Assembly (NCBI GenBank): GCA_963662665.2 | Contig: CAXXJS010000028.1 | Location: 1 to 64,000, forward strand | Direction of reading: 5' to 3' | Length of the DNA: 64,000 bases | Source of the DNA: Candidatus Latescibacterota bacterium | Lineage (GTDB): Bacteria; Latescibacterota; UBA2968; GCA-2709665 | Shown: positions 40,736-50,900 of the stretch, in pieces | Position numbering within the stretch: the first letter of the stretch is position 1 | How the letters are laid out: each line of letters begins with the position of its first letter | Notes under the pieces: generated by a model | Told to the model about the DNA's origin: nothing | Databases searched by the model: none | Seen by the model: only the letters and a program-made list of their open reading frames with translations | Translations under genes and position numbers: made by a program

Positions 40736-42130
40736 ATGCACGTGACCATCGCTGGCGGAGGAATCGCCGGATTGGCAACGGCCTTTTATCTGCAGGAGAA
40801 GGCCGATGCGCACGGGATGGATGTGAATTATACGCTGGTGGAGGCCACGGGGCGATGGGGCGGGGAAATCCTGACCGAGCGAATCAACGGGTTCACCATT
40901 GAAGGTGGACCCGATTTGCTTTTAACGCGAAAACCGTGGGGCATCGGGCTCTGCCTGGACCTGGGTCTCGAGGATCGTCTGATTGCGCCGAACGAGGAAC
41001 GGCGGAAGACCTTCCTGGCGCAGGGGCGCAAACTGGTTCCGTTTCCCGAAGACTTCACGCTGGCGCCAACAACGTTCAGGTCCGTTGTCCGCTCCCCGCT
41101 CTTCTCCGCCCGCGGCAAGCTGCGAATGGGGATGGAAAGGTTTGTACCGCCCCGTACAACGACGGAAGATGAGAGTCTGGCGTCGTTTGTCCGACGGCGG
41201 CTGGGGCAGGAGGCCCTGGCCAAGATAGGGGGGCCGATGCTGGCGGGCATCCACGGGGCGGACCCGGAGCGGCTCAGCCTGCAGGCCACCTTTCCGCAGT
41301 TCGCGGATATGGAGCGCAAGTACGGCAGCCTGGTCAGGGCGGTTCGGGCCGCCAGGAAACACCGTCCGGATTCGGGTGACGCAGTGCACGCGCCACCTAT
41401 GTTTCAGACCCTGGTTGGAGGGCTCGGGGAACTGGTCGAGGCGCTCGTGAAACGATTGCAAGGCGACCTGCGTACGAACTGTCCGTTAACGGGCCTGGCG
41501 AGGCTACAGCGTGGATTCGAGGTATCGCTCGGCCGGGACTCGCTGAAAACCGACGCGGTGGTACTGGCCGCACCCGCGTTTGCGGTGGCCGATCTGCTGG
41601 AGGGTATCGCGCCCCGGCTGTCGGTCGAACTCCTCCGGATCCGTTACGCTTCCTCCGGAACGGTAGCGCTGGCATACCGGAAGGAGGACTTACAGGACCA
41701 GCATGACCTTGACGGGTTCGGGTTCCTGGTTCCCAAATCGGAGGATCGCCGGATCACGGGGTGCACCTGGGTGTCATCCAAACTTGGCCACCGGGCGCCG
41801 GATGACGGGGTGCTGATCAGGGGATTCGTTGGCGGACACGCGCGGGAAGAGGTGGTTGAGTTGCCAGACGATATGCTTGTACAGGCTGTGAGGGAAGACC
41901 TTGCACACGTGATGGGGCTGACCGCAAAGCCGTTGTTCTCCCGGATTCACCGCTGGCGAAAGGGCCGGCCGCAGTTCGACGTGGGACACCTGGACCGGGT
42001 GGCGAAGATGGAATCGCTTGCCGATGGGTATCCCGGCCTGCACCTGACCGGCAGCGCCTATCGGGGCTCCTCTGTACCCGACTGTATCAGACAGGCAATG
42101 GAAACCGCAGACCGGATTCTGGGTCTGTAA
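40736..42130 (+). CDS. hemY: Proto/coproporphyrinogen oxidase (HemY type)
   Basis: GGGIAGL FAD motif, [28 protein letters not shown]. Confidence 0.93.
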   Translation: MHVTIAGGGIAGLATAFYLQEKADAHGMDVNYTLVEATGRWGGEILTERINGFTIEGGPDLLLTRKPWGIGLCLDLGLEDRLIAPNEERRKTFLAQGRKLVPFPEDFTLAPTTFRSVVRSPLFSARGKLRMGMERFVPPRTTTEDESLASFVRRRLGQEALAKIGGPMLAGIHGADPERLSLQATFPQFADMERKYGSLVRAVRAARKHRPDSGDAVHAPPMFQTLVGGLGELVEALVKRLQGDLRTNCPLTGLARLQRGFEVSLGRDSLKTDAVVLAAPAFAVADLLEGIAPRLSVELLRIRYASSGTVALAYRKEDLQDQHDLDGFGFLVPKSEDRRITGCTWVSSKLGHRAPDDGVLIRGFVGGHAREEVVELPDDMLVQAVREDLAHVMGLTAKPLFSRIHRWRKGRPQFDVGHLDRVAKMESLADGYPGLHLTGSAYRGSSVPDCIRQAMETADRILGL

Positions 42131-42149
42131 CGCCCGCCGGACATGCGAC

Positions 42150-43436
42150 TCAGCCGGCGGGTTCCAGGATTTCCTGGCCGCCCATGTAGGGGCGGAGTAC
42201 ATTCGGAATGACTGCCGATCCGTCGGGCCGCTGGCTCTGCTCGACAATGGCGGGAATCAGACGACTTGTCGCCAGGCCTGACGCGTTGAGCGTATGCACG
42301 AATTCATTCCGGCCGGTTTCGGCGCGCTTGAATCGGATGCGGCCGCGCCGGGCCTGATAATCGATCGCGTTGGATGCCGAGCTGACTTCCTTGTATTCCC
42401 CCATGCTCGGAATCCAGATCTCGATGTCGTACGTCTTGGCCATGGACGCGCTGGCGTCCTGCGCCGCCAGTTTTGAAACGCGGTGGTGCAGCTCCAGACC
42501 CTGAACCAGGCCTTCGGCCTTTGCGATCAGTTCTTCCAGGGCCCCGTCGGAGTCTTCGGGACGCGAGAACTGGAAGATTTCAACCTTGTTGAACTGATGC
42601 CCCCGAATCATGCCGCGTTCCTGCGCGCGATAGCTGCCCGCCTCTCTGCGGTAGCAGGGCGTATAGGAAAAGTATTTCCGGGGCAGGTCCGCTTCGGGGA
42701 GGATTTCGTCCCGATGGAAGTTGATCAATGCGGTCTCGGACGTTGGCAACAGGAACCGGGACTCCTTTTCGCTCTCCCATTTCAAATGAAACACGTCGTC
42801 AGCAAATTTGGGAAACTGCCCGGCGGTGTACCCGCATTCATAGGTGAGCAGGTGGGGCGGCAGGACGAATTCGTAGCCGTCGCCGAGGTGCGTTTCGACA
42901 AAGTAGTTCAGGAGCGCCCACTCCAGGCGGGCGCCGGCACCTCTGTAGAGCCAGAAGCCGGCGCCGCCCATTTTGACGCCGCGCTCGTAGTCGACCAACC
43001 CCAACGCGGTGACAAGGTCAACGTGGTCTCTGGCGCCCTCGTGCAACGCCGGCCTTTCGCCCCATGACCGAACGACCTCGTTGTTTTCCTTCCCGCCCGC
43101 GGGCACGTCCTCAGCCGGGACATTGGGCAGCAACTCGAGAAAGCTCCGGATACGACGTTCAATCTCCGACAGTTCCGCCTCAAGGGTTCTGATATTCCCG
43201 GAGACCGTCTTCATTTCAGTCTGGATATCGGTCGTGTCCCGGCCTGCCTTCCTCATCTGTGGAATCTGCGCCGAAACCCTGTTACGTCTCTCCCGCAGGC
43301 CCCCGATCTGGGCGATGAGGGCTCTCCTGCTCTGGTCCCACTGCAGCAATTCCGTAAAATCCACCGTGTCCATGCGTTTCAGCAGCGCCTGTCTGACGCC
43401 CCGGGGATCCTTCCGAATCCGGTTCATATCCAGCAT
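42150..43436 (-). CDS. serS: Serine--tRNA ligase
   Basis: N-terminal coiled coil, PTSE, CYRREAGS, HQFNKVE, EVSSASN, TLNASGLA. Confidence 0.98.
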   Translation of the reverse strand: MLDMNRIRKDPRGVRQALLKRMDTVDFTELLQWDQSRRALIAQIGGLRERRNRVSAQIPQMRKAGRDTTDIQTEMKTVSGNIRTLEAELSEIERRIRSFLELLPNVPAEDVPAGGKENNEVVRSWGERPALHEGARDHVDLVTALGLVDYERGVKMGGAGFWLYRGAGARLEWALLNYFVETHLGDGYEFVLPPHLLTYECGYTAGQFPKFADDVFHLKWESEKESRFLLPTSETALINFHRDEILPEADLPRKYFSYTPCYRREAGSYRAQERGMIRGHQFNKVEIFQFSRPEDSDGALEELIAKAEGLVQGLELHHRVSKLAAQDASASMAKTYDIEIWIPSMGEYKEVSSASNAIDYQARRGRIRFKRAETGRNEFVHTLNASGLATSRLIPAIVEQSQRPDGSAVIPNVLRPYMGGQEILEPAG

Positions 43437-43963
43437 ATCGATACCGCCTCACTGTGTTGCTTGCACTGAGCTTGTCGAATTGCCTTCGCTTGTCCGAAAC
43501 GTGGTCTTTGCCTGCGCTGAGCTTGTCGAAACGTCGAAATGCCGGCGTTATCGCTCCCATGGGTTGGAACTTTCGCCACACCCAAACGTCCCCCTTTTCA
43601 CTTGCCCTTCTTCAAGCGTCGGTGAGAGGGTAGAGGTAAGTCACGGCAGAAGTGAGAGAATCGGGTAGAAGGGAGACGGTAGACGGTAGAAGAAATCTTC
43701 GCCCGGTATGTTGTTCCTCCTTGCCTCCGGCACGAGAAGAAACCTCACGAGGCAGGCAATCTCTCCCGTCTCCCGGCTTACGTCTTCCCGCCTTTAGCTG
43801 ATGGCCGTTTTCAATGCACGGGTGGAATACACCAGATTTTTCACACTGTGTGGTGTATTTGAACACATTGTACTGCTATTGTCGGCGTTCTGATGTCAGC
43901 CCGTGCCCCGAAAACGCCCTCAAACGCTCAAAAATAGAAAACATGGTACTCGCGTTTCATTTT

Positions 43964-43979
43964 TGGCACGATATTCGCT
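43964..43979 (+). promoter_or_regulatory. Sigma54 (-24/-12) promoter
   Basis: TGGCACGATATTCGCT (TGGCAC, GG-N10-GC). Upstream inverted repeat AATACACCA-N16-TGGTGTATT at 43826-43859. Confidence 0.65.
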
Positions 43980-44044
43980 GATGTATTTCGGGTGATTGTA
44001 CTTACCGATATCTTTCTGTCACCCCTTTACGCAAGAGGCCCGAA

Positions 44045-44215
44045 ATGGTTCTCAAAGCAGCGCTGAATCCACGCGACCGCCTGGCTTTTCTGGCGCTTTA
44101 TTATGCGATCCGCGGCAACGAGGAGAGATCGGAACAGCTGAGGCGGGTGGTACGCCGGCACGATCAGGCCGTGATGGGCCGCCCGCAGGTGCACGGGATG
44201 CCGGTGGCCTTTTGA
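44045..44215 (+). CDS. Small hypothetical protein (56 aa), below the ORF-track cutoff
   Basis: MVLKAALNPRDRLAFLALYYAIRGNEERSEQLRRVVRRHDQAVMGRPQVHGMPVAF; AAGAGG SD; sigma54 promoter upstream. Confidence 0.55.
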   Translation: MVLKAALNPRDRLAFLALYYAIRGNEERSEQLRRVVRRHDQAVMGRPQVHGMPVAF

Positions 44216-44317
44216 ACTTGAAATCAGGCGCCGGTTACACCTCTTGAACGACAGGCCATAAATGATGGTCTGTCGTTCTTATTTCCCTCCCGAAGACCGG
44301 CCTCGTCCTACCTGGCG

Positions 44318-45298
44318 CTACGCCAGGATTTTCCGGATGTTGAATTTCTCGTGGGGAAGTGTCTGCCGGGTGATCATATCCGCCAGGAGGCCGGTACACA
44401 CGAACTGAACCCCCAGTACGGACATCAGGATTCCAAGAAAGAGAAGCGGATGGCGGTTCTGAATGGTTCCCGTGCGAAGCCAGAGCAGAGCAATAAAACC
44501 ATTGACAGCAACGCCGAGTGCGCTCAGGATAATTCCGATGGTTCCGAACAGGTGTAACGGACGTCCGATATAACGACCCAGGTACATAACGGTAAGCAGA
44601 TCCAGAAAACCCTTGAACAGCCGCGTCCATCCGTACTTGGTCACGCCGAAGCGGCGTGGACGGTGCTGTATGACGATTTCGTCGATCCGGTAGCCTTCCA
44701 TGTGGGCGAGAACGGGAATGTACCGATGGAGTTCACCGTATATCTTGATGTCTCGGACAACCTCGCTGCGAAAGGCTTTGAGACCGCAGTTGAAGTCGTG
44801 GATGGGAATGCCCGATAGCCGCCCCGTAATCCAGTTGAAGAACCTGGATGGAACGGTTTTACTGAGGGGGTCGAAACGCTTCTTCTTCCACCCGGAAACC
44901 AGGTCGAGGCCACTATCGATTTTTTCGATCAGGCGGGGGATTTCCGCCGGATCGTCCTGCAGATCGGCATCCATGGTGATGATCGTCCGGCCCGCCGCCA
45001 TGTCGAATCCCGCGGCGTACGCCGCGGCCTTGCCAAAGTTGCGGCGGAACTGGATGACTTTCACTTCCTCGTGGGCGTCGTGGAGTTCCCCCAGAACCCT
45101 CATGGAGCCATCGGTACTGCCATCGTCTATGAAAATGGCCTCGAAACGAGACCCGGTAGCCGCCATGGTTTCCCGGACCTGTTCCATGAGTGGACGAAGG
45201 CTTTCCGCTTCGTTCAGGAGCGGAATCACAATGGAAATGTCAACGGCGTCCGCGGCCGGGTTATTGAATTCGATTGGAGGTTCGGTATGCGTATCCAT
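44318..45298 (-). CDS. GT2 family glycosyltransferase (ArnC/DPM-like)
   Basis: ISIVIPLLNE, IDDGSTDGS, RNFGK, MDADLQDDP, two C-terminal TMs. Confidence 0.94.
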   Translation of the reverse strand: MDTHTEPPIEFNNPAADAVDISIVIPLLNEAESLRPLMEQVRETMAATGSRFEAIFIDDGSTDGSMRVLGELHDAHEEVKVIQFRRNFGKAAAYAAGFDMAAGRTIITMDADLQDDPAEIPRLIEKIDSGLDLVSGWKKKRFDPLSKTVPSRFFNWITGRLSGIPIHDFNCGLKAFRSEVVRDIKIYGELHRYIPVLAHMEGYRIDEIVIQHRPRRFGVTKYGWTRLFKGFLDLLTVMYLGRYIGRPLHLFGTIGIILSALGVAVNGFIALLWLRTGTIQNRHPLLFLGILMSVLGVQFVCTGLLADMITRQTLPHEKFNIRKILA

Positions 45299-45476
45299 AG
45301 TATGATGCCCGCGATCAGCGGCAGGCAATTGGCCCCTCCCGTCACTCCCGGGCGAGAGCCTGCAGATTAGAGCCACCTCTCCCTTTCACGTCTCAACGTC
45401 TCCTTCTTGCGGCTTCTCAAGATAGCAAAGTAGGACCCGGTTTTCAAGTCCTGTATCCGGATGCCGCGGTTACGTC

Positions 45477-47885
45477 TTACTGAACCGCCGAGTCGTCAGC
45501 CGCCCCTGGAAGCTGTTTCAGATCGACGAAGAAGCGCTTTCGATCACGGTTTCCAATCCCGTCCACAACGTCCAGCGTGTGCCATCCCCTTGAGAGTTCC
45601 GCGGCCAATACATGACGGCCGCGGCTGTATCCCATATACCGGTCGTCCAGGTACCAATACAGGATTCGATCCCGCTCTCTATGAGCCACCCGCATCGCAA
45701 TCTTCTGCCGCCCTCCGCCGAAGTCTCTGGGGAGCCACAGCCTGGCGTTCTGTTGCGGGTAAGTGATCTTCAGGGGATGGGGCCCGGTCCCGGCCGGACA
45801 ATCCGGTTTGTGCGGAGGAACCACGCCCGGAACATGGCCGCGTTCCCTCAAGAATTCCGCGACCTCTGCGGGAAAGACAAGCCGGCGCACGGAACGGCGG
45901 CCCTTCGGTTGCCAGCAGAGCGAACACACGCGGTGGCTCCCGTCCAACGTCACTTGAAGGGTCCGGTGATAGGGACACGTTCGGAGGGGTTTCATATGTG
46001 ATGGCGCCTGAACGGAAACCGGGCGCTCGCAGTGCGGGCCCGCCCGGAATCCCGTATCCGCGCAAAGCTCTGGACGTCCCAGGTCGGCAACCGGCACATC
46101 GATCCAGGCGTGTTCGCGTCGCTTCGGCAGCATATTGAACAGGTCGAAGAGGAGCGGCGCCGCCGAACTGGCGCCCGTGAGGTTCGCATTCCCGCGACCG
46201 CTGAAATTGCCGATCCAGACCGCCACCGTCCACTCGGGGCTGACGCCGACCGCCCAGGCGTCCCGCTTCCCGTAGCTGGTCCCCGTCTTCCAGGCGACCG
46301 GCCACTGGTTCTGGTACTGATGCCAGTAATATTCCGCACCCGGCCGCTTGAGATCTCGGAGCATGTTGAGTGTGAGAAAACAGGCGCCGGGACTGATGAG
46401 CGCCGGACCCTCTGCGGCGGGCGTCCCGGCGAGTACCCTGAGCGGACTGAACCTGCCTCCTTTGGCCAGCGCGCGGTAGCAAAGCGCCATATCCCACAGG
46501 CGGACCTCAACCCCACCGAGAATCATCGGCAGCCCGTAGTCGCCGGAGGACCTGAAAAGCGTTGTCAGCCCCGCGGATTTCAGAAACCCGTAAAACGGAT
46601 CCATCCCGTACTTACCAAGCAATCGGACCGCGGGCACGTTCAGGGAACGAACGAGCGCCTCCCTGGCCGACACCAGACCGTTAAAATCCCCATCCGCGTT
46701 CCCCGGTGAATACCCGCCGTAGTGTATGGGAAGATCTCGAATCCGCGTCTGGGGCAGCAACAGCCCCTCGTCCATGGCCAGGGCGAACAGAAACGGTTTG
46801 AGCAGAGAGCCGGAGGACCTTGCGGCCGCTACACCGTCCACCTGCCCCTGGTTCCGGTTGTCGAGGAACCCCTGGGACCCAACGTACGCGCGCACCTTCC
46901 CCGTACGGGTCTCGGCAATCAGGGCAGCGCCGTTGTGGACGCCCATGCGCCGCATAAAGGCGGTATGTCGATCGACGAGTTCCGCGCTTTGTTTCTGAAT
47001 ATCCCGTTGAACGGTGGTCCTTATATACGTACTCCGGTGTCGTGACGCCAGTCGGCGGGCCAGATGCGGCGCGTCCATCGGCAACGGCCGTACGCCTTCC
47101 GGGACCTTTTCGAGCCTCGCCAGTCCAAAGGTCTCAACGTCTATCACCCCTTCGTCCAGAAGCCGGTTCAGAAGCCGGTTGCGCCTGATCCGCAGTTTTT
47201 CGGGGTTGGCAAGCGGCGATATCAGCCCGGGCGCGTTCGGAAGAACCGCCAGCGTGGCAGCCTCTCCCCAGGTCAGCCGTTCGGGCGACTTGCCGAAATA
47301 CCGTTGCGCGGCCGAGCGGTACCCAACAATATTGCCGCCATAGGGCGCGTGATCCAGATAGAGGTTCAGGATCTGCTTCTTGTCATAATGCAGCTCAATC
47401 TTCAATGCCTGGAGCGCCTCCAGCGCCTTGTTGACGTACGTCCTTCTCCCGGACGACGTCATCCGGGCAACCTGCATCGTCAGTGTACTCGCGCCGCTGA
47501 CGACATCTCCCGAACGGATATTCTGATAGACGGCCCGGAGCAGCGCCAGTGGATCCACGCCGGGATGGCTGTAAAAGCGACGGTCCTCGAAATGGAGAAC
47601 CGCCTGTTCCAGGGTGCGAGGAACAACGGCCTCCGCCCGATGCGGGAAGCACCACTGTTCGTCGCGATTCAAGAACATCCGCAGGATCCGTCCCTGTTCG
47701 TCCAGAACAACCGTGCTGTAGTCAGGTTCAAAAAGCGGATCCGGCAGTGGAATGGATACGTAGATCGCCGCGGAGAAGAGAAGCAGCGTAAGAAAGATCC
47801 CCATCTTTGCGCGCCTGCTACATGCCGGAAGGGTCCCGGGACGCCTCCTTCCCCTGGCCGCTATCCGCCACCGCTGCCAAGACAT
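45477..47885 (-). CDS. pbpC: Penicillin-binding protein 1C
   Basis: EDRRFYSHPGVD, SGASTLTMQ, SLLK, SLN, KTGT; downstream of the A2M gene. Start uncertain. Confidence 0.95.
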   Translation of the reverse strand: MSWQRWRIAARGRRRPGTLPACSRRAKMGIFLTLLLFSAAIYVSIPLPDPLFEPDYSTVVLDEQGRILRMFLNRDEQWCFPHRAEAVVPRTLEQAVLHFEDRRFYSHPGVDPLALLRAVYQNIRSGDVVSGASTLTMQVARMTSSGRRTYVNKALEALQALKIELHYDKKQILNLYLDHAPYGGNIVGYRSAAQRYFGKSPERLTWGEAATLAVLPNAPGLISPLANPEKLRIRRNRLLNRLLDEGVIDVETFGLARLEKVPEGVRPLPMDAPHLARRLASRHRSTYIRTTVQRDIQKQSAELVDRHTAFMRRMGVHNGAALIAETRTGKVRAYVGSQGFLDNRNQGQVDGVAAARSSGSLLKPFLFALAMDEGLLLPQTRIRDLPIHYGGYSPGNADGDFNGLVSAREALVRSLNVPAVRLLGKYGMDPFYGFLKSAGLTTLFRSSGDYGLPMILGGVEVRLWDMALCYRALAKGGRFSPLRVLAGTPAAEGPALISPGACFLTLNMLRDLKRPGAEYYWHQYQNQWPVAWKTGTSYGKRDAWAVGVSPEWTVAVWIGNFSGRGNANLTGASSAAPLLFDLFNMLPKRREHAWIDVPVADLGRPELCADTGFRAGPHCERPVSVQAPSHMKPLRTCPYHRTLQVTLDGSHRVCSLCWQPKGRRSVRRLVFPAEVAEFLRERGHVPGVVPPHKPDCPAGTGPHPLKITYPQQNARLWLPRDFGGGRQKIAMRVAHRERDRILYWYLDDRYMGYSRGRHVLAAELSRGWHTLDVVDGIGNRDRKRFFVDLKQLPGAADDSAVQ

Positions 47886-47976
47886 ATTATCAGCTCCTGC
47901 GAAAGAATACCGTTCGGCGAACCGCCCCTGCAAATACAAGGCATCCGTGAATTGACGACGACAGCCCGAAGGCATT

Positions 47977-50900
47977 CTATCGCTGTTTGACCACGACCCG
48001 TTTTCCGGCCGCGGTCGCCCGGTAGGATCGATCGTACATCGCTTCGGCCACCGTTGCGGGCAGCCTGAATGACCCTGCAGTAACCGCGTTCAATCGGACC
48101 ACGAAATCCAGGTGCCTTCGTCTTTCAGCGTCAAGAAACCACATCACCCGGTCGTCGCGCACGTCCAGATATTCCTCGCGGTTCAGATTCAGGCGCTTTG
48201 TCCATTTCGGCGCCGTCCGGTCGGACAGCCGCGGGTTGTCGATTTCCCAACCGGCTGGCAGGACCTGAACCAGCGCAACCTCTTCGATTTTGCGAGCGAC
48301 CGTCATATTGCGGACGCGAAAATGGCCCCAGAAAGCCTCGCCCTGCGACAGTTCCGCGGGATCGACCGGCAAACCCTCATCGTTGCGCCAGGCCACCTCC
48401 AGCTTCAGCTTGCCGGAGGTATCTCCCACGTCGTCCACAAGTGGAACTCCGTCCCAGTCCATTGTTGCAAAAGCCCTCTTGACGGTAGAGGTCGAGTCCA
48501 GAAATATCTCTACTTCCTCGCCGAAGCCGTCTTCAATCTCAACGTGGTGGGCAGGCCGGTCCGTTTCGAACCGCACTACCCGTCCGTCCGGAAGGCGGAT
48601 CGTGCCTGCAAGCACGGAACGGCCGCCGTCCTCGTTGTCGAGAGACCGTAGATATTTGCCCAGAGCAAGAAGCATAAACCCGGTGGTCTGGGTGCTGTGC
48701 CAGCGCCGGGATTTAAGCGCCGCGCCCAATTCTCTGGCGATCTCGTCGGCCTCCGACCAGCGTTCGAACAGCACGAGCGTATTCAGAATGATCGACAGGT
48801 CCCGCAGGCCCGAGCCGTACGTGCCGCCGGATTCGTTATAACGCTTCACCCGCTTGCCCGCGGGGATGAGGATCTGCGCGGCGGTCCGCTCCACGCCGGC
48901 AAGATGATAGGCCGCGGCCAGCATCCACTTCTGGGTGTCGTTCATGTCGTTGATGCCGGTCTCCTTAAGCAGATTCATCGGTCCGATCTGGAATTCGCCG
49001 GCAAGCGCCAGGAGATAGACCCGATAAACCCGTTCCATCAGGTTGTCTTTGGTGGTTAGCGCACGCGATTTTTCATAACGCAGCCAGGTGGCCATCAGGA
49101 CCTGGGGAACGTGGTATCCCAGTTTGCGGGCTTCAATCAGAAAGTGACCCGTGTACAGGGAACCCCAGGGAGAGACCGTCGATCCGCCGGGCCAGTAAGT
49201 GAACCCCCCGGAAACAAGCTTGAATTTCCTCAGCTTGCGGATCGCCGAATTGATGAGCCTGTCGGTGTCCATCGCCGCGTCTCCGGCAAACGTCACGCCG
49301 TCCAGAAGAGTCCCCAGATATAACAGTGGAAAAGCGGCCGAAACCGTCTGCTCGATACATCCGTACGGGTAACGGACCAGCCCGAGCAGCCGATGGGTCA
49401 TCCCCAGATCGGGGCGCCGGCGTATACCCAGGCGGGCGCGATTGGAACCTGGCATTCCTTTGTCCGGCACCGTGAATCGGGCCGTTTCGCCGGGCCGGAT
49501 GTCCTCATCCTCCGCCGCGTAGATCCTGGGTGACGATGGACGGACCCTCACGTCTGTTACATGGTCCGCGGCAACGTTCGACGCTTCTGCCGTAACAACC
49601 ACCCGCGCCTGCCCCACCGCCGCTGCCGCCTGAAGCGTAAACGATAGGTCCCGCTCCCCCGTTTCTGCAAAGTCCAGTTCCCGCCGGACCGGGCCGACAA
49701 CCGATACCGGGCCCTCGGTCTGTATCGAAACTACGGTCGTTCCGATACTGTCGACCATCGCGAAAACAGTCACGGGGACGTCAACGCGATCCCCCGGCCC
49801 AAGTACACGGGGCAGCGTGGGCATCACCATCAGGTCGGTCTTCACCGGAACGGATGTCTCTGCCTTGCCGTATCGTCCGCCGGCGGCGGAAACGGCCATC
49901 ACCCGCACCGAACCCGTGTAGTCGGGCATGTCGAAATCAACGGTAGCCCGTCCCATCGCGTCGGTTTCGATGGGCCCCTTGAACAGCGATACCGCCTTGA
50001 ATCGCTTCCCGCGTTCCGGCTCCAGCTGGGAAGCCCTGTACGCGAATCCGCCGCCCACGGCAAAGGTCTTGAAGACGTCCCCCTTATTCGCGCCAATGAC
50101 GTGGGAATAGACGTCGTGCGTCACCACCCCCAGGCGACGCTTCCTGTAAAACGACTTCCAGGCGTCCGGCGTGGAAAACCCCGTGAGCGCCAGCAGCCCC
50201 TCGTCCACAACCGCAAGCGTGAACTGGGCCGGCTGCCCGTCGCCCGTCTCCACCTGAATCTGAAACGGGGACTCGGGCCTGAGTTCGCCCGGCATGCGAA
50301 TGGAGATTTCCTGGCGGGTATGGGGATCGCTTACATTGAGCGGAACGACGCCGTACAGGCGAATCGGTCGATCGTTCAACGTCTGACTGAACGGCTGGAG
50401 AACCGACACGGCAACGTATGCCGTGGGCGCCATTTCCCGTGTGACGGACACCGGAACCCGGAACTCGCCGCGATGACCGTCCGGTTCGTACCATCGGGTC
50501 TGCAGAACGCGACTGTCCTGTTCCACCGAGACCAGAATCGCGCCACGTCGTGGCGCGGGAAACGTCACCAGTGCCGAATCGCCGGGGGCGTATGACTTCC
50601 TGTCGGTCTTGAGCGCCAGCATGCCTGCCGATTTCGGATCAGCCTGCGCCTGGCCCCATGGATATGCGCGCATGAAGAACGCGGCGGTATGGCCGCCCTC
50701 CTCCTGCACCTCGATCAGGTACTCGCCCCGTTGCTCGGGCGTAAACACAAGCGGTACGGGCGTTGATTGCGAGAAAATCGAACCGCTTTCGATCTGTTCG
50801 GTGTACTGATCTGTCTTGAACCGAAGGCGAAACTGGTCCCGGGACTCGTATTCCCACCACCAGTGCCCCGTGCTTCTGTAAATGCGATATTCAAGCGGCA

